29,872 nucleotides of DNA from Gemmatimonadota bacterium (GTDB lineage Bacteria > Gemmatimonadota > Gemmatimonadetes > Palauibacterales > Palauibacteraceae), in assembly GCA_046758745.1 (NCBI GenBank), contig JBHIAV010000037.1, positions 1-29,872 of the forward strand. Reading direction: 5' to 3'. The notes under the pieces were generated by a model. That model was not told the origin of the DNA. It worked only from the letters and a program-made list of their open reading frames with translations, and ran no database searches. The position numbers were made by a program, and so were the translations under genes. Every line of letters begins with the position of its first letter. Within the stretch, counting starts at the first letter, position 1. Positions 25,316-29,872 of the stretch are shown here, in pieces.

Positions 25316-25980
25316 CGCCATCCTCCGCCGGAGAGGCTGAATACGCGCGTGGCGCCCCCCGCGCTGACCGTCACGGCGTAGGATCGGTTGCGCGGCCCGA
25401 CGATGATGGCGTGCCCCGAAGTCGATGCGGTGCCGTCGGGAAAGAACGCCACCTGATCTCCGGGAAAGCTCACGCCATCCGGCTCGATCGGAATTCCAAG
25501 GGGACCGGCCGATACGGCCTCAGGAGCGGCGAATCGCAGGGTCTCGGGGAGTTCAAAGCCCGCGATCCCGGACCGGCTCGAGGCTCGCGGAAGGGCGGCC
25601 ACCTCTACCTCGCCGGCATCCAGCGCCATGTTCCGATTCGTGTCGGCGTACGCCGTGAAGAATCCGTCGGCGGGGGTGAGAGTTGCAGGAGCGAAGGAGA
25701 CGCGAACCACCTGATTCAGACCGGCGGCACGGGATCTGGCCGAACCGAACACCAGGCTGATCTGGGTGGCCCCGGACCGTATCAGCTGTGCCTGCTGATA
25801 CTGACGGAACCCCGGCGTCGCCAGGAGATAGGCCGTTCCGAGGATCGTGAGGACGATCAGCAGCTCGATCAGCGTGAACCCGCATGGGTTGCCGTACCAT
25901 GCCCGGGTCGCTGGCCTGATCGGCTCAAACCATCGTACGCACCGCTCCCTGATGGTCATGGTCCTTCTCGGGCTTTTCAT
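25312..25980 (-). CDS. fimT: FimT/GspH-like prepilin-type protein
   Basis: G/FTLIELLIVLTILG, ARSRA, YADTNRN, VAFFPDG and VTVSAGG. The start could be 25959. Confidence 0.85.
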   Translation of the reverse strand: MKSPRRTMTIRERCVRWFEPIRPATRAWYGNPCGFTLIELLIVLTILGTAYLLATPGFRQYQQAQLIRSGATQISLVFGSARSRAAGLNQVVRVSFAPATLTPADGFFTAYADTNRNMALDAGEVEVAALPRASSRSGIAGFELPETLRFAAPEAVSAGPLGIPIEPDGVSFPGDQVAFFPDGTASTSGHAIIVGPRNRSYAVTVSAGGATRVFSLSGGGWR

Positions 25981-26044
25981 CTATCGACAAATCGAAACTC
26001 CCGCGTTGGAGAGTCTCGCTCGTTTTCCGTCGCTGCCCTGCGGT

Positions 26045-26168
26045 TCCGCGCGCGGCCACGTCATCTCCGCGAGCGGTCACCTGCCTCCGCGAGCGGTCCC
26101 GTTACCTCCGAGGGCGGTCACCTACCTCCGAGGGCGATCGCACTACTTCGGCGGGGGGTCACGTTACC
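26045..26168. repeat. Six degenerate tandem 20-21 bp repeats upstream of the pilin operon
   Basis: tccgcgcgcggccacgtcatc / tccgcgagcggtcacctgcc / tccgcgagcggtcccgttacc / tccgagggcggtcacctacc / tccgagggcgatcgcactact / tcggcggggggtcacgttacc. Confidence 0.85.
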
Positions 26169-26266
26169 CGCCCCGACCGGGATCGCGCCGCTCCGGGCCC
26201 GGAAGGACCGGGAAGCGCGGGGCGTGGGAAAAAAGTGCAACAAGCGGACCGGATGGAGCTGTTTAG

Positions 26267-26295
26267 CGTGACTTTATGTGTGACAGGCAGTTACG
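26267..26295. promoter_or_regulatory. Spaced palindrome CGTGACT-N15-AGTTACG, a possible protein-binding site
   Basis: 6/7 inverted match in an AT-rich patch upstream of the pilin operon. Confidence 0.35.
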
Positions 26296-26498
26296 TGCCA
26301 AGCTCTTGTCGGGATGCGCCCGCGTCGACGTGGAGTATTTGCCGGTTTCAGCAACTCTTTAGCAGATCGCGCGTGTCACGACCGCTCGGCGATGCTCGCA
26401 CGACCGGCGCGGAGAATGGGGCCTAGCAGGTTCGTGGCTCCACACCCGGCGGCTGCGCGACGCTACACCCGGTCGATGATGACCGGGGACGGTGGCTC

Positions 26499-28979
26499 CT
26501 ACGAAGCGCCGACAAGGGCGTCCTTCCGCTGGCGCGCCTTCTCCACCCAGGGCTGGAGCTCCCCGTCCGCGTCGTGCCACAGCTCGATGACCCGCGAGTA
26601 GTGGTCGGAGGCTCGCTTCACATCACCCAGCGCCTCGTAGATCTCGGCTCGGCGGAAGTGTGACGGGGCGAGATACACGAGGTCGTAGGCGGAGTGTTGC
26701 TCGAAGGTGCTGTACCAGCGGAGCGCCTCTTCGAAGCGGCCCGCCTCGCGCAGAAGCTCCGCCAGCGCGAATCGCTCGTAGGTCTGAGAGAAGAACGAGG
26801 ACGCGTGAGCCAGGTTATACCACGTGGTCAGCTGCGCCGATTCGAGCAGCGAGATGGCATCGGCCGGGTTACCCTCGGCGAGCGCGACCTGCGCCCGGAC
26901 GCTTCGAGCCAGGTTCGTCACGAGCGACTCGGCATGGCGCGGCACTTTCAAGGATTCCAGGTCTTCTGCGAGACCGACGGCTCCGCCACCGTCTCCCAGT
27001 CGCGCGTCGAGCATGCCGAGCAGATACGCGCGCAAGGCTGTGTGCACGCCATCGTGCGGGATCCACACGACACGGGTCGCGCTCCGGGGAACCCGTGCCG
27101 CGTCCCACCTCTCCACTATGGCCCGCTGCTCCTGAAGCGCTGAGGCCGATTCTGGCAGGAACGGAAACAGCGAGAGCAGCGCTCGATATTCCAGCGCGTA
27201 GGCCGGGGCGAGCGTCTCGGCCCTCTCCAGGTCGACCCTGGCATCGCGCCACCGGCCGAGGGCAAGATGAAGATGAGCCAGGTAGAGGTCCCCCAGGCCC
27301 TGCATCCCGGCCTCGCGGGAGACCGCCGGGTCGGCCAGAGCTCGGGCGAAATCGATGGCACCGGCCACGTCGCCGGAGTAGGAGGCGACGCTCCACGCCG
27401 CGGTCGGCGCCGAGGCGGCGCCGGTCCCGCGGAGCTCCTCGATGACCATCCGCCGGAGGACGCTGTCCCCGTGAACGCTGGCCTGGAGTGCCCGGAGCTC
27501 GAAGCGGCGCTCGCTGTCCGGGTAACGGTCCAGCGCGAGCGTCGCCAGCGAATCGAACTCCGCTCCATCGCCATTGACCGCCGCGATGCGCGCCAGGTGA
27601 ATGAGGGGCGCGATGTCATCGGGTTGAAGCTCGAGAACCCGTTGCCAAGCGTCGCGCGAATCCACGACCGAGCGGCCTCGCAGAGGCCCGTAGTGGAAGA
27701 GCACCTCCGCAAGCTGGAACCACGCCTCGAAATCATCCGGGTAGTTCGCCACGATCCCCCGATACAGACGCTCCGCCTCCGCCGAGGCACCCTGTCGTGC
27801 CGCCTGGAAAGCATCGAGGAGTCGGCGGCCGTGCTCGGAGAGACGATCACCGAATCTGGCGGCGCGCTCCGCCGCCTCGCGCACGAGATCGGCTTCGGAA
27901 AGGTGCCACTCGGCCGCGATGCTCAGCCGATACCAGGCGAGGGCGAACGTCGAGTCCTCGGCAGTAGCCCGCTGGAAGGCGTCGAGCGCTCGCTCGAAGT
28001 TCCCGGAGCGGAAGAACTTTTCGCCCTCCAGGTACGCTCTGAGCGCGGGCAGGGAGTGTGTGGTGACCGCGGCGATCCGCGCCATGCGCGTCCCGGGCCC
28101 GCCGGCCCGCGCGCCCAGGAGCTGCGCGGCCACGTCGTCGACCAGCTCGAAGATCTGGTCCGCTTCGCCTTCGGCCGTGCCCTGCCCAACAGCCTCCCGG
28201 CCCGCCGCCGCGTCGTACAGCGAGGCGTGGATGCGGAGCCGCCCGCCGGCCTCGAGGATGTCTCCGAGCACATACAGTCCGGCCGCGAAGCGCTCCGCGA
28301 TCGAGCGGCTAGCCTCGGGGTTCGGCACCCTGCCTTCCTCCCGCTCGACGACGGCCAGCAGCGCGCGAGGGTCGACGCTCCGCAGATCTCCCGCCCCGTC
28401 CAGCTTCGTGCTGAGCAGATCGACGATCCCCTCGCCCAGATACGCGTAATCTTCGCTGCCCCGCATCGCGAAGGGAAAGACTGCGACGCGCGCGGAGGCC
28501 GCGCCGGACCCGGAGCCCTCGGTGACGAGCTGGGGCTTCGGCGCCAGGACGAGCCACCCGGTTACGGCGACCCCCCAGAGCGCGAACCCGATGACACCTC
28601 CCGTGATGGTGTTGCGCCAGGTCAGGAATCGGCGAACCCGTCCGGCGCGTGGAGCGGGGGGGCCGCGGTGGGGGGCGACTTCCGTGTCGGCAGGGTAGCC
28701 CGCCGACGCTCCGCCCGTGGTGCCTCTCCCGAGTGCCGGCTTCGCGGTTACATCCCTGGTCGCGGTGCCCTCCTGAACGAACGCCGTGGCCAGCACGATC
28801 GGGAGGCCGATGAGAAGCAGAACGAGGGCAAAGGGAGGGACCCATTCGGGCAGGCTCAGGCTCTCGGTGAGCGTCTCGACGACCTGCAGCACGACCCAGG
28901 ACCCGACAGCGTAGATCCCCAGCACCTGCCACAGGGAGCGGCGGTGGATCTCACCGATGAAGCGTTTGAAGCCAGGCAT
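26499..28979 (-). CDS. Membrane-anchored protein with a TolB_N-like domain and TPR repeats
   Basis: N-terminal EIHRRSLWQVLGIY..LPEWV with three TM segments, VAVFPF..YLGEGIVDLLS, TTHSLPALRAYLEG and multiple TPRs. GAGG SD. Confidence 0.88.
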   Translation of the reverse strand: MPGFKRFIGEIHRRSLWQVLGIYAVGSWVVLQVVETLTESLSLPEWVPPFALVLLLIGLPIVLATAFVQEGTATRDVTAKPALGRGTTGGASAGYPADTEVAPHRGPPAPRAGRVRRFLTWRNTITGGVIGFALWGVAVTGWLVLAPKPQLVTEGSGSGAASARVAVFPFAMRGSEDYAYLGEGIVDLLSTKLDGAGDLRSVDPRALLAVVEREEGRVPNPEASRSIAERFAAGLYVLGDILEAGGRLRIHASLYDAAAGREAVGQGTAEGEADQIFELVDDVAAQLLGARAGGPGTRMARIAAVTTHSLPALRAYLEGEKFFRSGNFERALDAFQRATAEDSTFALAWYRLSIAAEWHLSEADLVREAAERAARFGDRLSEHGRRLLDAFQAARQGASAEAERLYRGIVANYPDDFEAWFQLAEVLFHYGPLRGRSVVDSRDAWQRVLELQPDDIAPLIHLARIAAVNGDGAEFDSLATLALDRYPDSERRFELRALQASVHGDSVLRRMVIEELRGTGAASAPTAAWSVASYSGDVAGAIDFARALADPAVSREAGMQGLGDLYLAHLHLALGRWRDARVDLERAETLAPAYALEYRALLSLFPFLPESASALQEQRAIVERWDAARVPRSATRVVWIPHDGVHTALRAYLLGMLDARLGDGGGAVGLAEDLESLKVPRHAESLVTNLARSVRAQVALAEGNPADAISLLESAQLTTWYNLAHASSFFSQTYERFALAELLREAGRFEEALRWYSTFEQHSAYDLVYLAPSHFRRAEIYEALGDVKRASDHYSRVIELWHDADGELQPWVEKARQRKDALVGAS

Positions 28980-29149
28980 GCGCGCCTCTAGGAGATTCGA
29001 ACGGCTTCAGCGTCCCAGAGCAGCGCTTGGAAGTTGGTGCGCGACCGAGGCGCCGGCAATCGGCCCAAGTCGGCGAGGGGCGTTCCCCGCCGCCCGCGAG
29101 CACCCATGGAGGAGCCGGCCGTCCCTCGGCGGCGGCCGGCCGCGTGTGG

Positions 29150-29764
29150 TCAGTCGGCCTGCGGCGGCTCCTTCGGCAGAACCGGTATCCGGAGCGACGA
29201 CTCGAGCTGCGCATGGAGCGTCGAGCCGGCCGGCAGGGAGGCCCAGTGCGCCTTCGTCGCCACAGCGACGCCCGTGCCCGCCGCGGCGCCCGCCGCCGCA
29301 CCGATCACCGCGCCCTTCACGTTGCCTCCGATGACGCCGCCGAGAAGCGCTCCGGCGGCCGCGCCGCCGCCGATCTTCGCGCCCTCGTCCCGCATCTCGG
29401 AGTGCTTCGTCAGCGTGGCTCCCGCCGGCCGGGCTTCGAGCGCGTACGACGCGCCCCGGATCTCGATCTGGTCGAACTGAACGGTGAGCGCCGGTGGGTT
29501 TTCGGAGATCGCCGTGACGACGCCGCGCACGGGGGAGCCGGCGGGAATCAAGGTCTCCCCGCTGTGAACGACCGACTCGACGACCGAGCCGCTGATCGCC
29601 TGGCCAACCTGCGTGGTCCTCGTGTCGATGCCGCCGTCGAGCCGAACCGTGAGGCTGGTTCCGGAGGGCACTTCTGCAAACTTGTCTTCCTCGGCTGCCA
29701 ATCCGGCGCAAGCCGCGCTCCACGCGAGCAATCCGACTGCCGCCAGCCGCCTGTGAATACGCAT
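29150..29764 (-). CDS. Putative lipoprotein with a VirB10/TrbI-like beta domain and a glycine zipper
   Basis: GGAGGT SD before ATG 29764 and lipobox SAAC. VPSGTSLTVRL..LIPAGSPVRG and KIGGGAAAGALLGGVIGG..GAVIGAAAGAAAG. Confidence 0.88.
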   Translation of the reverse strand: MRIHRRLAAVGLLAWSAACAGLAAEEDKFAEVPSGTSLTVRLDGGIDTRTTQVGQAISGSVVESVVHSGETLIPAGSPVRGVVTAISENPPALTVQFDQIEIRGASYALEARPAGATLTKHSEMRDEGAKIGGGAAAGALLGGVIGGNVKGAVIGAAAGAAAGTGVAVATKAHWASLPAGSTLHAQLESSLRIPVLPKEPPQAD

Positions 29765-29872
29765 CTTGGGCACACCTCCCACGAGACGGTTCTCTACCCT
29801 CCGCCACAGGTCGGCACGGAACCAGCAAGTTTTCGGCCAGCGTCGGAGGGGACACGCAGCTCATCGCGGCGG

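Noticed and set aside
26045-26168. CRISPR array
   Set aside because: The repeats are contiguous and degenerate with no unique spacers, and there are no cas genes. The same applies to the repeats at 16171 and 21286.
29150-29764. Conjugative type IV secretion system (VirB10)
   Set aside because: It is a lone small lipoprotein with a glycine zipper, and no other T4SS genes are in the window.

Overview
High-GC bacterial window. The gene types suggest a Gemmatimonadota-like organism, which is an inference only. From left to right it holds: a remnant of an alkaline-phosphatase-family gene; a COG1964/Tes-like radical SAM gene paired with a Cys-rich SAM methyltransferase; a cupredoxin lipoprotein; and an outer-membrane beta-barrel. 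Next comes the most notable locus (4530-13811): an ECF sigma factor, a zf-HC2 membrane anti-sigma factor and a lipoprotein TPR-CHAT (caspase-like) protease, followed by five secreted lipoprotein genes. These five are two paralogues sharing a duplicated six-Cys domain, an Ig/BNR protein, a trypsin-like protease and a free-standing copy of that protease's propeptide. A bipartite motif GCGCAAGAA-N12-TCCGT-N3-ACAT occurs twice, before the anti-sigma gene and inside the end of the CHAT gene, and is a candidate promoter for the sigma factor. An antisense small RNA with its own sigma70 promoter and terminator lies inside the lipoprotein array. The rest of the window has small Zn-finger and hypothetical genes, comDE-like TPP decarboxylase plus cyclase genes converging on cupin/PLP enzyme/NSS transporter genes, a fimT-pilV-pilW-pilX minor pilin operon preceded by six 20-21 bp tandem repeats, a TolB_N-TPR membrane protein and a glycine-zipper lipoprotein. 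I saw no tRNA, rRNA, CRISPR array, transposase or integrase. All calls come from reading motifs by eye; no searches were run.
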